64,000 nt of DNA from an uncultured delta proteobacterium. Lineage in GTDB: Bacteria > Myxococcota_A > Polyangia > Polyangiales > Houyiibacteriaceae. Positions 46,341 to 55,652 of the stretch are shown in pieces. The translations under genes and the position numbers were made by a program. How positions within the stretch are numbered: position 1 is the stretch's first letter; each line of letters opens with the position of its first letter. The notes beneath the pieces were generated by a model that saw only the letters and a list, made by a program, of their open reading frames with translations, made no database searches and was not told the DNA's origin. The stretch covers positions 74,188 through 138,187 of the forward strand of contig CAVYJZ010000009.1 of NCBI GenBank assembly GCA_963768985.1, read 5' to 3'.

Positions 46341-48173
46341 CTATTCCACGGTGACGGTCTTGGCGAGGTTGCGTGGCTGGTCGACATCCGTGCCCTTGTG
46401 GTCGGCTACGCAATACGCATAGAGCTGAAGGGGCACCACCGTGACGAACGGACTGAGCGCTTCATGCGTCGGCGAGACCTCGATGAAACGATCGCAGAGG
46501 GTCTGTGCTTGGGTGTCAGCTGCGGTGATCACGCCAATGATCTTCGCCTCGCGTGCCCGCGCCTCTTGCATGTTGCTCGACACGCGGTCGTAGTGCCGGT
46601 CGTGTGGCATGAGCACGACGACTGGCACGTGAGCATCCAAGAGGGCGATGGGGCCGTGCTTCATTTCACCAGCCGCATAGCCTTCTGCATGCACGTACGA
46701 GATCTCCTTGAGCTTGAGCGCACCTTCGAGAGCCATCGGATAGCTGAGACCGCGGCCCAGAAAGAGCACGTCTCGAGCTTCGGAGAAGTCTCGGGCGATT
46801 TCTGCAACCACCTCGTGGGTCGTTGCCAAGCGTTCCTCGATCAGGTGCGGAATTCGCACTAGGCCTTCTACGAGCTCGGCCGCCAGCGCGTCGTCGATGG
46901 TGCCGCGACGCCGGCCGAGCCAGATGCTGAACATCAACAGATTGGCGAGCTGTGCCATGAAGCATTTCGTCGAAGCGACGCCGATTTCGGGACCGGCATG
47001 CGTGTAGAAGCTCGCGTCGGCCATGCGCGGGATTGCGCTGCCGTTGACGTTGGCGATCGCCAGGACTTTGGCCCCGTGTGACTGAGCCTCTTTCGCGGCC
47101 ATGAGCGTGTCGATCGTTTCTCCCGATTGACTAACCGCGATGACCAAATCGCCTTCCCCCACGACTGCGTTGCGTCCCCGAAACTCGCTGGCGAGCTCGG
47201 TAATCGCCGACACCCTCGCAAGCTCTTCAACCCAGTACCGTCCCGCCATGGTCGCATGATGACTGGTTCCGCAGGCGAGAAAGATGACCCGCTCGATTCG
47301 CATGGCGTCGTCTTCGCTCAGGCCTATCTCGGAAGTCACGACGTCGGCGTTTTCGCGATTGAGTCGGCCTCGGAGCGTGTCTTCGAGCGCGCGTGGTTGC
47401 TCGAAGATTTCCTTCAGCATGAAGTGTTTGTAGCCGGCCTTCTCCGCCATCACCGGCGACCAGGAGATGCGCTTCGGGCGACGGCTGATACTGGTTCCGT
47501 CCAGTTTCGAAAGCGTGAAGCCCTTGGCCTCGAGCACGGCGAGCTCGCCATCTTCGAGGAAGATCATTTCGTTTGTGTAGGGAAGGAGCGCAGGGATGTC
47601 GCTGGCGCAGTACGTCACACCCCTGGCGACTCCAACGACGAGTGGAGACGAGTTCTTCGCAACCACGATGCGATGAGGCTCTGCTTCCGAGAGGACCGCG
47701 ATCGCGTACGCGCCCTCCACCCGCTCGAGCGCGCGGCGGATCGCGGTGACCAGATCATGGCCTGACTGGGTCTCCCGGTGAATCAGGTGAGCGACGATCT
47801 CGGTATCCGTGTCGCTGCTCATGACGAAACCGCTTGCCTCGAGCTCGTTTCGCAGGTCCAGGTAATTTTCGATGATGCCGTTGTGGACGACTGCGATGGG
47901 CCCTGCCACGTGCGGATGCGCGTTGACCTCCGAAGGGCGGCCGTGTGTCGCCCATCGAGTGTGTCCAATGCCAACCGTACCAGGGAGGTTCTTCTCGAAC
48001 AGTGCCTTTTCGAGGTTTCGAAGCTTTCCGACGGTTCGGATAATCTCGATTCCGTGCTCCCCGTGTACGGCTAGGCCCGCGGAGTCGTAGCCCCGGTATT
48101 CCAGCCGTCGAAGCCCGTCGAGCAAGATAGGCGCCGCTTGTTCGTCACCTACGTGACCGACGATTCCGCACAT
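46341..48173 (-). CDS. glmS: Glutamine--fructose-6-phosphate aminotransferase
   Basis: 610 aa with the N-terminal nucleophile MCGIVG, two SIS domains and a C-terminus of ...LAKTVTVE. Confidence 0.95.
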   Translation of the reverse strand: MCGIVGHVGDEQAAPILLDGLRRLEYRGYDSAGLAVHGEHGIEIIRTVGKLRNLEKALFEKNLPGTVGIGHTRWATHGRPSEVNAHPHVAGPIAVVHNGIIENYLDLRNELEASGFVMSSDTDTEIVAHLIHRETQSGHDLVTAIRRALERVEGAYAIAVLSEAEPHRIVVAKNSSPLVVGVARGVTYCASDIPALLPYTNEMIFLEDGELAVLEAKGFTLSKLDGTSISRRPKRISWSPVMAEKAGYKHFMLKEIFEQPRALEDTLRGRLNRENADVVTSEIGLSEDDAMRIERVIFLACGTSHHATMAGRYWVEELARVSAITELASEFRGRNAVVGEGDLVIAVSQSGETIDTLMAAKEAQSHGAKVLAIANVNGSAIPRMADASFYTHAGPEIGVASTKCFMAQLANLLMFSIWLGRRRGTIDDALAAELVEGLVRIPHLIEERLATTHEVVAEIARDFSEARDVLFLGRGLSYPMALEGALKLKEISYVHAEGYAAGEMKHGPIALLDAHVPVVVLMPHDRHYDRVSSNMQEARAREAKIIGVITAADTQAQTLCDRFIEVSPTHEALSPFVTVVPLQLYAYCVADHKGTDVDQPRNLAKTVTVE

Positions 48174-48182
48174 GATTCGACT

Positions 48183-49733
48183 TTAGTCGATCGGCCCGCG
48201 CCGCGCACCAGTGGCGCCCGCATTCGGTCGCTGATCCTCGAACTTGGCTTTGATCTCCCCGTCGGGGGACACGACGGTCACCGGCCCAAACTGCTGAAGC
48301 GACTTCGCGAAGTCCGCGGCCTGACCCACGATTACGACCAGTGCGTCCTGCGGCCGAATGTAGTTGCGCGCCACGTACTGAGCCTCCGAGGCGCTCGTTT
48401 GGCGGATCCTCTGACGGTAGTGGTCCCAGTAGTCGTCGGGCAGACCGAAGGTCCGGAGGTCGACGACCAGCTCGGACAGCTTGCCCGGCGTGTCGACCTT
48501 GAGCGGGAATGAATCACTCAGGTAACGCTTCGCATTGTAAAGCTCATCGGGCTCGGCTGCCTGTTGATTGATGCGCTCGAGCTGCTCGAAGAATGCACTG
48601 ACCGCTTCGGTCGTGACCTCGGTTCGGACCGAGGCGTACGCGACGAACGGACCGACATCCACACGCTCACCGACGGAGCTGTACGCACCGTACGTCAAGC
48701 TCCGTCGTTCTCGGAGATCCATGAAGAGCCGCGAAGCCGCAGAGCCGCCCAGCACCTGATTCGATACCATCAGGGGAATCCACTCCCGGCTTGCCCGCGG
48801 AATCGCCAGATTGCCGATGAAGATCACCGACTGCACTGATCCGGGCCGATCGACCACCACGATGTTTCGATCGTTGGGTCTCGGGGGCTCCGCGTAGGTC
48901 GGCACTGCACGCTTGCCCGCTTTCCAGTGGCCGAAGGTCTTCCGTGCGGTCTCGACGACTCGATCGGGGTCGACGTCGCCCGCGACGACGAGAAACGAGT
49001 TGCGGCCGACGAAGTGTTTCCTGTGCCAGCGTATCAAGTCCTGCTGCCGCACGAGCTTCACCGCCGCAGGGGTGGTGTCGACCGTTCCATAAGGATGCTG
49101 ACCGTAGAGATCGCGGTAGAACGTACGCTTGCCAATGTACTGCGGCTCCCGCTCGGAGAGGGCCAGACGATCGAGCTCGCGGCGTTTGAGCTTTTCGAGC
49201 TCTCGATTGCTGAACGCAGGCTCGCCCGCAACCTCGGCGAGCATGGCCATGACGACTTCGAACTGCTCGGCTACCGCGCGCACGCCGACGTAGGTGTTCT
49301 CCTCGTCGGAGCTGGTCCAGAGATCGGCGCCCAGGAACTCGATCTCCTCCGCGATCTCCGCGCTCGAGTGCTTCGCCGTACCTTCCTTGAGCATCTGTGC
49401 GACGAGGCCCGACAGTCCGGGAAGCTTCGCGGGGTCCGACTCACCGCCGCTGCGGACGACGAGCGTTGCGTATACGACCGGCAGTTGCGTGGTGACGACG
49501 GTGTCGACCTGTAGACCGTTGTCCAAGTCGGTGACCTCCACCGGCGGAAGGGACATGTCCCTGACCTCGCCCGGCGGGGGCGGGGGCTCCGTCTCGGGCT
49601 GCGCCTTGGCTTGCACGTCCTTTGCGGTGGTGGGTTGGGCGCTCGTGCTCCCCTTGGAGCCTCCGCACGCCGTCAAAAGCGACAAGCCACAAAGGCCGAC
49701 GGCAACCAGACGGAATGCACGACACATCTTCAT
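48183..49733 (-). CDS. M16-family peptidase-like lipoprotein lacking the HxxEH motif (probable non-catalytic partner)
   Basis: The start was set at MKMCRAFRLVAVGLCGLSLLTACGG (lipobox), which forms an ATGA overlap with the upstream M16 gene. It has M16 fold signatures but no HxxEH. Confidence 0.8.
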   Translation of the reverse strand: MKMCRAFRLVAVGLCGLSLLTACGGSKGSTSAQPTTAKDVQAKAQPETEPPPPPGEVRDMSLPPVEVTDLDNGLQVDTVVTTQLPVVYATLVVRSGGESDPAKLPGLSGLVAQMLKEGTAKHSSAEIAEEIEFLGADLWTSSDEENTYVGVRAVAEQFEVVMAMLAEVAGEPAFSNRELEKLKRRELDRLALSEREPQYIGKRTFYRDLYGQHPYGTVDTTPAAVKLVRQQDLIRWHRKHFVGRNSFLVVAGDVDPDRVVETARKTFGHWKAGKRAVPTYAEPPRPNDRNIVVVDRPGSVQSVIFIGNLAIPRASREWIPLMVSNQVLGGSAASRLFMDLRERRSLTYGAYSSVGERVDVGPFVAYASVRTEVTTEAVSAFFEQLERINQQAAEPDELYNAKRYLSDSFPLKVDTPGKLSELVVDLRTFGLPDDYWDHYRQRIRQTSASEAQYVARNYIRPQDALVVIVGQAADFAKSLQQFGPVTVVSPDGEIKAKFEDQRPNAGATGARRGPID

Positions 49734-51109
49734 TTCTCCCCCGAAACCGGAGCCGTACCGGGAAGCACGTCGAGCACGGTGCGATTGGTCGCCTTGAAAT
49801 AGGTGTTTGCTACTCGTTTGACGTCCTCCAGGGACACGGCCAGGTAATGATCCAGCTCCAGCTTGAGCAGGTTCGCATCGCCCCAATAGAGCTCGAATTC
49901 CCCGAGCTGTTGCGCGCGGGCCATGTTCGACTGCAGACCAAAGACGAAATTGGATCGAATTCGGTTTTTTGCCTTCTCGAGCTCCCGCGCCGACACCCCC
50001 TTCTTGGCGATCGACTGAAGCTCAGCGAAGAGTATCTCTTGGGCTTCTCGAGGGGCGTGGCCGCTGGCCATCACGGCCCAGGCCGAGAAGAGATCCGGAC
50101 CACGTCGGTCGTCGGTTCCGACCACGACATCCTGACAGATTTCTTTCTGCTTCACGAGACTCTGGTAGAGCCGGCTCGACTCGCCGTCACCGAGGATGAT
50201 CGCGAGCAGCTCGAGCGCGTAGTGATCAGGCGAACGGTTCGGTGGGATGTGGTACGCGACGTGGAACGCAGGAAGCGTCGCGTTCGCATCGTACATGGTT
50301 TCGACCCGCTCCGCAGTTTGCTCGGGCAACGAGGGCTCGACGTAGGGCGGGATCTCCCGGGCCGGAATGTCGCTGAAGTACTTCTCGACTAGCTTCATCG
50401 CTTCGTCGGTGTTGAAGTCGCCGCTGATGCTCAGGACCGCGTCGTTCGGCGAGTAATATTCGTCGAAGAACTCCTGCACGGCTGTGAGCGGCGCGTCGAT
50501 CAAGTCCTGCATGTCGCCAATCGTCGAATGTGCGTACGACCAGTAGTCGCCGTAAGCGAGCTCGTTGATGCGCAGCATGCTCGGGATGTACGGCTGATTG
50601 TCGATCCGCTGGCGTCGCTCTTCCATCACGGTCGCCCGCTGATTTTCGAAATTCTCCTGGGTGATCGCGAGCGAACGCATCCGATCTGCCTCGAGCCACA
50701 GCCCCAGCGCCAGCTCGTTCGATGGCAGAGTTTCGAAGTAGTTCGTTCGGTCTGTGCTCGTCGTCCCGTTGGCGCTTCCGCCCCGGTTGATGATCAAGCT
50801 GAAGTGCTCGCCCTTCTCCACGTTGGCGGAGCCCTGAAACATCATGTGCTCAAACAGATGGGCGAAGCCCGAACGCCCCTTGACTTCGTTTCGCGAGCCG
50901 ACGTCGTAATAGACCGACACCGCGACGGTAGGGACGGTGTGGTCTGGATTCATGACGACGCGTAGGCCGTTGTCGAGCGTGGCGCGGCTCACCTCCAAGT
51001 TGGAGAGAGCCGTTGCGCTTTGCTCCGCACCCGCCGTGCCTACTTCGAAGGAGGCTGCGGCGACGGCGACGAGCAACCCCAGTGCTGTTCGCACGACGAT
51101 CCGGTTCAT
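49730..51109 (-). CDS. M16-family zinc peptidase (pitrilysin-like)
   Basis: It has the inverted zinc motif HLFEHMMFQG and the signal peptide MNRIVVRTALGLLVAVAAA. ATG 51109 is the preferred start. Confidence 0.85.
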   Translation of the reverse strand: MNRIVVRTALGLLVAVAAASFEVGTAGAEQSATALSNLEVSRATLDNGLRVVMNPDHTVPTVAVSVYYDVGSRNEVKGRSGFAHLFEHMMFQGSANVEKGEHFSLIINRGGSANGTTSTDRTNYFETLPSNELALGLWLEADRMRSLAITQENFENQRATVMEERRQRIDNQPYIPSMLRINELAYGDYWSYAHSTIGDMQDLIDAPLTAVQEFFDEYYSPNDAVLSISGDFNTDEAMKLVEKYFSDIPAREIPPYVEPSLPEQTAERVETMYDANATLPAFHVAYHIPPNRSPDHYALELLAIILGDGESSRLYQSLVKQKEICQDVVVGTDDRRGPDLFSAWAVMASGHAPREAQEILFAELQSIAKKGVSARELEKAKNRIRSNFVFGLQSNMARAQQLGEFELYWGDANLLKLELDHYLAVSLEDVKRVANTYFKATNRTVLDVLPGTAPVSGEK

Positions 51110-51224
51110 CTGACTCCCATCAACACGAGACACGCACAAAAGATTCCAGTGTCGCTACCACATCCACCACTGAGGGCAAAGCGGTTGACGTCCCTCGTAG
51201 TTTTGCGGACACTCCCCGACCCGC

Positions 51225-52484
51225 ATGACCGCCGCTGTCTTATCGATTGGCACCGAGCTCACCCGTGGTGAGTTGGTGAACACCAACGCCGCGTGGCTGG
51301 GTGAAGAGCTGACGAAGCTCGGCTTCGACGTCACCGAGCACGCCACGGTGGACGACCATCTCGATCGAATTGTGACGCTCATCCGCCGCTTTACGGAAGA
51401 ACATCGAGTCGTCATCGTTACCGGCGGGCTTGGCCCGACCTCCGACGATCTCACGACAGCCGCGGCAGCCGAGGCCGCTGGCGTAACGCTCCGCCGCGAT
51501 GAGGGCATCGTCGAAGGGATTCGTCGGAAGTTCAAGACGTTTGGTCGGGTGATGCCCGAATCGAATGCGAAACAGGGCGACTTCCCCGAAGGCGCGACGA
51601 TTCTTTCGAACCCCGTAGGCACTGCGCCCGGTTTTGCGATGAGTCTCGGGCAGGCGCTTCTGTTCTTCACGCCAGGCGTGCCCCGCGAGATGAAGCACAT
51701 CTTCCATGAATCGATCGTCCCCGCGATCGCAGCCCTCGCCGAACCACGAACATACCAGGAGCACCTGCGGACGTTCGGTATGACCGAGTCCGGGGTTGCC
51801 GAGGCGCTGAGCAGCCTCGAGCAAGAACATGAGGGACTCACGCTGGGCTATCGCGCGCACTTTCCCGAAATCGAGGTGAAGGTCCACGTGCGTGCTGGTT
51901 CGGCGGCCGAAGCGCAGCGCCTTTCGCATGCCATCGCAGACAAGGCCCGTGCGATTCTAGGCGACGCCGTGTTCGGCGGACGCGCCGCGACCTTTCCCGA
52001 GGCGGTCGGCAAGGCTCTTCGGGACAGGGGCAAGACTCTTGCGGTGGCCGAGTCGTGCACTGGCGGACGCGTCGGCGAGATGCTGACGCGCGTGCCGGGC
52101 GCTTCGGACTACCTATTGCTCGATGCCGTCGTATACGCGAATAGCGCCAAGGAGGCGGTGCTCGGCGTCAGCCCGGAGTTGCTGCGTGCGCACGGCGCGG
52201 TGAGCGCGGAGGTCGCCGCCGCGATGGCGGAAGGCGCGCTTCGGGTCGCTGGCGCGGATATCGCCGTATCGATCACCGGCGTGGCGGGGCCTGGTGGTGG
52301 CACCGAGGATAAGCCGGTAGGGACGATTTGGTTCGGCCTGGCGCGCCGGGGCGAGCCGACGATCACCAAGCACCGGAAGCTTCCCTGGGGACGGGATCGC
52401 GTTCAAATTTTGGCCGCTTACCTCGCCCTCGAGCTCGTCCGCCGGGGTGTGCTAGGACGCGATCTCGACTTCGGCCAGCGCTGA
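51225..52484 (+). CDS. cinA: CinA family protein (MoCF-like domain plus nicotinamide-nucleotide amidase PncC domain)
   Basis: 419 aa with the typical two-domain layout and N-terminus AVLSIGTELTRGELVNTNAAWLGEEL. Confidence 0.9.
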   Translation: MTAAVLSIGTELTRGELVNTNAAWLGEELTKLGFDVTEHATVDDHLDRIVTLIRRFTEEHRVVIVTGGLGPTSDDLTTAAAAEAAGVTLRRDEGIVEGIRRKFKTFGRVMPESNAKQGDFPEGATILSNPVGTAPGFAMSLGQALLFFTPGVPREMKHIFHESIVPAIAALAEPRTYQEHLRTFGMTESGVAEALSSLEQEHEGLTLGYRAHFPEIEVKVHVRAGSAAEAQRLSHAIADKARAILGDAVFGGRAATFPEAVGKALRDRGKTLAVAESCTGGRVGEMLTRVPGASDYLLLDAVVYANSAKEAVLGVSPELLRAHGAVSAEVAAAMAEGALRVAGADIAVSITGVAGPGGGTEDKPVGTIWFGLARRGEPTITKHRKLPWGRDRVQILAAYLALELVRRGVLGRDLDFGQR

Positions 52485-52614
52485 GCCAGAAGTCGGGCGC
52501 AACCAGGGCCTGGCAGATCGGGGCCGGGCCGGTGTACCGTACGCTCCTATGCCGGCCTAGGGGGCGCGTCGGACGCTTTCGTGACCGCGAACTTGACTAG
52601 TGTGAGGAAGCCGA

Positions 52615-52631
52615 CTAGACGAGTGTTCAGT
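52615..52631 (+). promoter_or_regulatory. Candidate Myxococcus-type LexA (SOS) box upstream of recA
   Basis: CTAGACGAGTGTTCAGT matches the published M. xanthus consensus CTRHAMRYBYGTTCAGS at 14 of 17 positions, including the GTTCAG core. It overlaps a possible promoter (TTGACT 52593-52598, 17 nt, TAGACG). Confidence 0.4.
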
Positions 52632-52658
52632 TATTTTTACTCAAAAGGAATCTGTGCA

Positions 52659-53747
52659 ATGGCCGACTCGAATCGCGAAAAAGCCCTCCATCTAGCCCTC
52701 GGAACTATCGAGAAAGCCTACGGAAAAGGCTCGATCATGCGCCTTGGGGATGCCGCCGCCAGGGTGAAGGTGCCGGTGATTTCGAGTGGTGCGATTTCCC
52801 TCGACCTCGCACTCGGCGTTGGGGGATATCCGCGGGGCCGGATCGTCGAGATCTATGGCCCGGAGTCGAGCGGAAAGACGACGTTGACTCTCCATGCGAT
52901 CGCCGAGTGCCAGAAGACAGGCGGAATTGCGGCCTTCATCGATGCCGAGCACGCGCTCGACCCGAGCTATGCGCGCAAGCTCGGCGTGAACGTCGACGAG
53001 CTCCTCGTCAGTCAGCCCGACAATGGTGAACAGGCCCTCGAGATCGCCGATACCCTCGTCCGCTCGGGCGCGGTGGACATCATCGTGATCGACTCGGTGG
53101 CGGCCCTGGTGCCCCGTGCGGAGATCGAGGGTGAGATGGGGGACAGCCATGTGGGCCTTCAGGCGCGCTTGATGAGCCAGGCGCTTCGAAAGCTCACCGG
53201 CAACCTCCAGAAGAGCAATGCCACCCTCTTTTTCATCAATCAGATTCGCATGAAGATTGGGGTGATGTTCGGCAGCCCCGAAACGACGAGCGGCGGCAAT
53301 GCGCTCAAATTCTACGCGTCGCAGCGTCTCGACATTCGTCGCATCGGCACGATCAAGGTGGGTGAGGCCGCGGTGGGCAACCGTTGCCGCGTGAAGGTGG
53401 TCAAGAACAAGCTCGCCCCTCCGTTCCGGCTGAGCGAATTCGATATCCTCTTTGGTAAGGGCATCAGCCGTACAGGGGACGTGCTCGACCTCGGGGTCGA
53501 GGCGGGCATCGTTCAAAAGTCGGGCGCTTGGTACAGCTACGGCGACGAACGGGTCGGCCAGGGGCGCGACAACGCACGCACCTTTCTGGAAGAGCATCCC
53601 GACGTTCTCGCGCAGATCGAACGCAAGCTGCTTCAGCAACACGGGCTGGTCGAAGACGACACGCCTGCGGACGCGAAGGCCGAAGCCATACCAGCCGCTC
53701 CGGCCGCCGCCGCACAGGCCCCTAGCAAGCGTCCGCGGCCCAACTGA
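52659..53747 (+). CDS. recA: Recombinase RecA
   Basis: The start was moved to ATG 52659 ([31 protein letters not shown]). It has the Walker A motif [10 protein letters not shown]. Confidence 0.95.
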   Translation: MADSNREKALHLALGTIEKAYGKGSIMRLGDAAARVKVPVISSGAISLDLALGVGGYPRGRIVEIYGPESSGKTTLTLHAIAECQKTGGIAAFIDAEHALDPSYARKLGVNVDELLVSQPDNGEQALEIADTLVRSGAVDIIVIDSVAALVPRAEIEGEMGDSHVGLQARLMSQALRKLTGNLQKSNATLFFINQIRMKIGVMFGSPETTSGGNALKFYASQRLDIRRIGTIKVGEAAVGNRCRVKVVKNKLAPPFRLSEFDILFGKGISRTGDVLDLGVEAGIVQKSGAWYSYGDERVGQGRDNARTFLEEHPDVLAQIERKLLQQHGLVEDDTPADAKAEAIPAAPAAAAQAPSKRPRPN

Positions 53748-53853
53748 ACCCCTTTTCCGGTCCGCCTGCCGGCGGCTGTGCTGGGTTCAGAAATCCAGCA
53801 CGGGGAAATGCTCTAAACTGTTGGAATCACAGCGGTTTGCCCAAAAGTAAGCA

Positions 53854-53882
53854 TTGACTTCGAGGCCTGCTTTTGCTATAGA
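53854..53882 (+). promoter_or_regulatory. Near-consensus sigma-70-type promoter upstream of cdnL
   Basis: TTGACT-17 nt-TATAGA. Confidence 0.45.
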
Positions 53883-53931
53883 TGCAAGGTGCACGTAGTT
53901 GTTTGCACACCCAGTGACGAATGGCTTGCTG

Positions 53932-53963
53932 CCCGCGCTCCCGGCGCGGGTTTTCGTCGTTTC
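53932..53963 (+). terminator. Terminator-like hairpin in the cdnL leader, which could also serve as the recA terminator
   Basis: CCCGCGC-TCCCG-GCGCGGG followed by TTTTCGTCGTTTC, ~25 nt before the cdnL ribosome-binding site GGAGAG. Confidence 0.45.
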
Positions 53964-53985
53964 TGACTCGAAGGAGAGTGCTTTC

Positions 53986-54474
53986 ATGAGCTTCAGCGTA
54001 GGCGACAAGGCAGTTCACCCGGCTCACGGGGTTGGGGAGATCACGCAGATCGAGGAGCGACTGATCGGTTCAGACAAGATCGACTTTTATATCCTCAAGC
54101 TCGTGAACGGGAAATCGGGGACGATTCGCGTCGCACTGAACGCGGTCGACCGGGTCGGTCTTCGCCAGGTGATGTCCCGCAGCGCTGCCAAGACGGTGCT
54201 CGCTGAGCTCAAGAAAGATGAGATGGCGGTCACCTCACAGCCATGGAACCGACGCTACCGCGAATACACCGAGATGCTGAAGAGTGGTTCTCCGATCAAG
54301 GTCGCCAAGGTCTTGCGCGACTTGTCGAAGGTGCGCGCGGACAAGGGCGAGCTCAGCTATGGCGAGAAGAAGCTCATGGAGCAGGCGCGCAAGTTGTTGA
54401 TCACCGAGTTGGCCCTCGCGCGCCGTGTCCGAGAAGAGACGATCGAGCGCGACATCGACAAGATCCTCAACTAG
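53986..54474 (+). CDS. cdnL: CarD/CdnL-family RNA-polymerase-binding regulator
   Basis: The start was moved to ATG 53986 (MSFSVGDKAVHPAHGVGEITQIEE...), giving 162 aa with the CarD_CdnL_TRCF N-domain signature. Confidence 0.85.
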   Translation: MSFSVGDKAVHPAHGVGEITQIEERLIGSDKIDFYILKLVNGKSGTIRVALNAVDRVGLRQVMSRSAAKTVLAELKKDEMAVTSQPWNRRYREYTEMLKSGSPIKVAKVLRDLSKVRADKGELSYGEKKLMEQARKLLITELALARRVREETIERDIDKILN

Positions 54475-54492
54475 GCGCCGAACGAATTGCGC

Positions 54493-55155
54493 TTAGCGCG
54501 AGCGCTTCTCGTCGTGGCCCGATCGGCCGAAGCGCCTGGAGAGCTCGCGAAAAAGATCGCGGAGTGAGACCTCGCGGAGAGCGAGGCCGACCAGCAGGTG
54601 ATAGATGACGTCCGCTGCTTCGGAGGCCACGCGCTCATCCGACTCGTCTCTCAGAGCCTGCCCCAGTTCGGCCGCCTCCTCCCGGACCTTGGCGTCGATC
54701 TTCGCTGGGCCCGCGTCGAGGAGCGACTTCGTATAGCTCTTGCCGGCATCGGAGGACTTGCGCTTCTGCAGGGCGCGCTCGAGCCGTAGCAGGGTAGGCG
54801 CCGCGCTGTCGCTACCCGCCTCGACGAGTTGGCCATCGCCATCCAATTGCCGAAAGAAGCAGGTTTCGGCTCCCGTGTGACAAGAAGGGCCGACCGGATC
54901 GACCATGTAGATCAGCGTGTCGCCGTCGCAGTCGATCCAAACGCTTCGGACGTGGAGGGTGTTGCCACTACTCTCCCCTTTTTTCCACAAACACTGGCGC
55001 GAGCGGCTGTAGAAATGCGCAAAGCCCGTTTGGAGTGTGCGCTCGACCGCGTTCTCGTTCGCATAGGCCATCATCCGCACTTCGCCCGTTTCCGCGTCCT
55101 GCGCGATGACCGCAACGAGTCCCTGCTTGTCGTAGTTCAGCGCGTCGAGGCCCAT
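54493..55155 (-). CDS. hisIE: Bifunctional phosphoribosyl-AMP cyclohydrolase/phosphoribosyl-ATP diphosphatase
   Basis: 220 aa with the HisI motif (DCDGDTLIYMVDPVGPSCHTGAETCFF) and a HisE C-terminal helical domain. Confidence 0.9.
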   Translation of the reverse strand: MGLDALNYDKQGLVAVIAQDAETGEVRMMAYANENAVERTLQTGFAHFYSRSRQCLWKKGESSGNTLHVRSVWIDCDGDTLIYMVDPVGPSCHTGAETCFFRQLDGDGQLVEAGSDSAAPTLLRLERALQKRKSSDAGKSYTKSLLDAGPAKIDAKVREEAAELGQALRDESDERVASEAADVIYHLLVGLALREVSLRDLFRELSRRFGRSGHDEKRSR

Positions 55156-55229
55156 CGGCTGGGGTTACGCCAGCTCAGGACATTCTGCAACTGCGGCGCA
55201 CTGGGGCGTCAACTCCAATGCCGGAGCAG

Positions 55230-55249
55230 GGCTCACGACGGGCGTGCTC
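55230..55249 (+). repeat. 20-nt repeat S, copy 1
   Basis: GGCTCACGACGGGCGTGCTC is the exact reverse complement of 55565-55584. Confidence 0.8.
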
Positions 55250-55262
55250 ACGAGCGGACGTT

Positions 55263-55303
55263 CCGGGGCACGGCGGGACGCGATGCGGGGCTGCGTCGAA
55301 CGG
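55263..55303 (-). repeat. 41-nt GC-rich repeat R, copy 1 (inverted relative to copies 2 and 3)
   Basis: Its reverse complement CCGTTCGACGCAGCCCCGCATCGCGTCCCGCCGTGCCCCGG matches 55612-55652 at 39 of 41 positions. Confidence 0.8.
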
Positions 55304-55416
55304 CTCGGCTTGCAAAGGTGGCCGGTTGGGCTTGGCGCCGGTGGCCACGCAAGCCTCGCCTCGGAGCGCGCGCCAATCGGAGCTGGTTGCACGCGTGCCG
55401 ATTGTCACTTGCTACG

Positions 55417-55451
55417 TCGACTCCGCCCCACATCGCGCCCCGCCGTGCCCC
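55417..55451 (+). repeat. GC-rich repeat R, copy 2 (partial, 35 nt)
   Basis: TCGACTCCGCCCCACATCGCGCCCCGCCGTGCCCC matches copy 3 at 31 of 35 positions. It is flanked by the direct 9-mers TACGTCGAC at 55413-55421 and 55456-55464. Confidence 0.7.
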
Positions 55452-55564
55452 TCCGTACGTCGACATCTACGCAGGAGGACGGCTCGCGATGGGCAGCACA
55501 GGGAGCGGGGGCGAGCCTAGTCGTGCGTGGTCTTAGGGAGTCGGGCGAGCGGGCACCCGTGACC

Positions 55565-55584
55565 GAGCACGCCCGTCGTGAGCC
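55565..55584 (-). repeat. 20-nt repeat S, copy 2 (inverted)
   Basis: GAGCACGCCCGTCGTGAGCC is the exact reverse complement of 55230-55249. Confidence 0.8.
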
Positions 55585-55611
55585 GTTCTCCGGGGACTTG
55601 GTGGCGGCGCC

Positions 55612-55652
55612 CCGTTCGACGCAGCCCCGCGTCGCGCCCCGCCGTGCCCCGG
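55612..55652 (+). repeat. 41-nt GC-rich repeat R, copy 3
   Basis: CCGTTCGACGCAGCCCCGCGTCGCGCCCCGCCGTGCCCCGG ends 8 nt before the stop codon of the downstream minus-strand gene. Confidence 0.8.

Noticed and set aside
53775-53800. A second GTTCAG-containing sequence downstream of recA (CTGTGCTGGGTTCAGAA) might be another LexA box.
   Set aside because: The GTTCAG core is offset by one position relative to the CT of the consensus, and most degenerate positions mismatch. It is more simply part of a hairpin (GTGCTGG/CCAGCAC).
55230-55652. The repeat cluster might be a CRISPR array.
   Set aside because: The repeats occur in mixed orientations, have unequal lengths and irregular spacing, and number only 2-3 copies. 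No cas genes are present.
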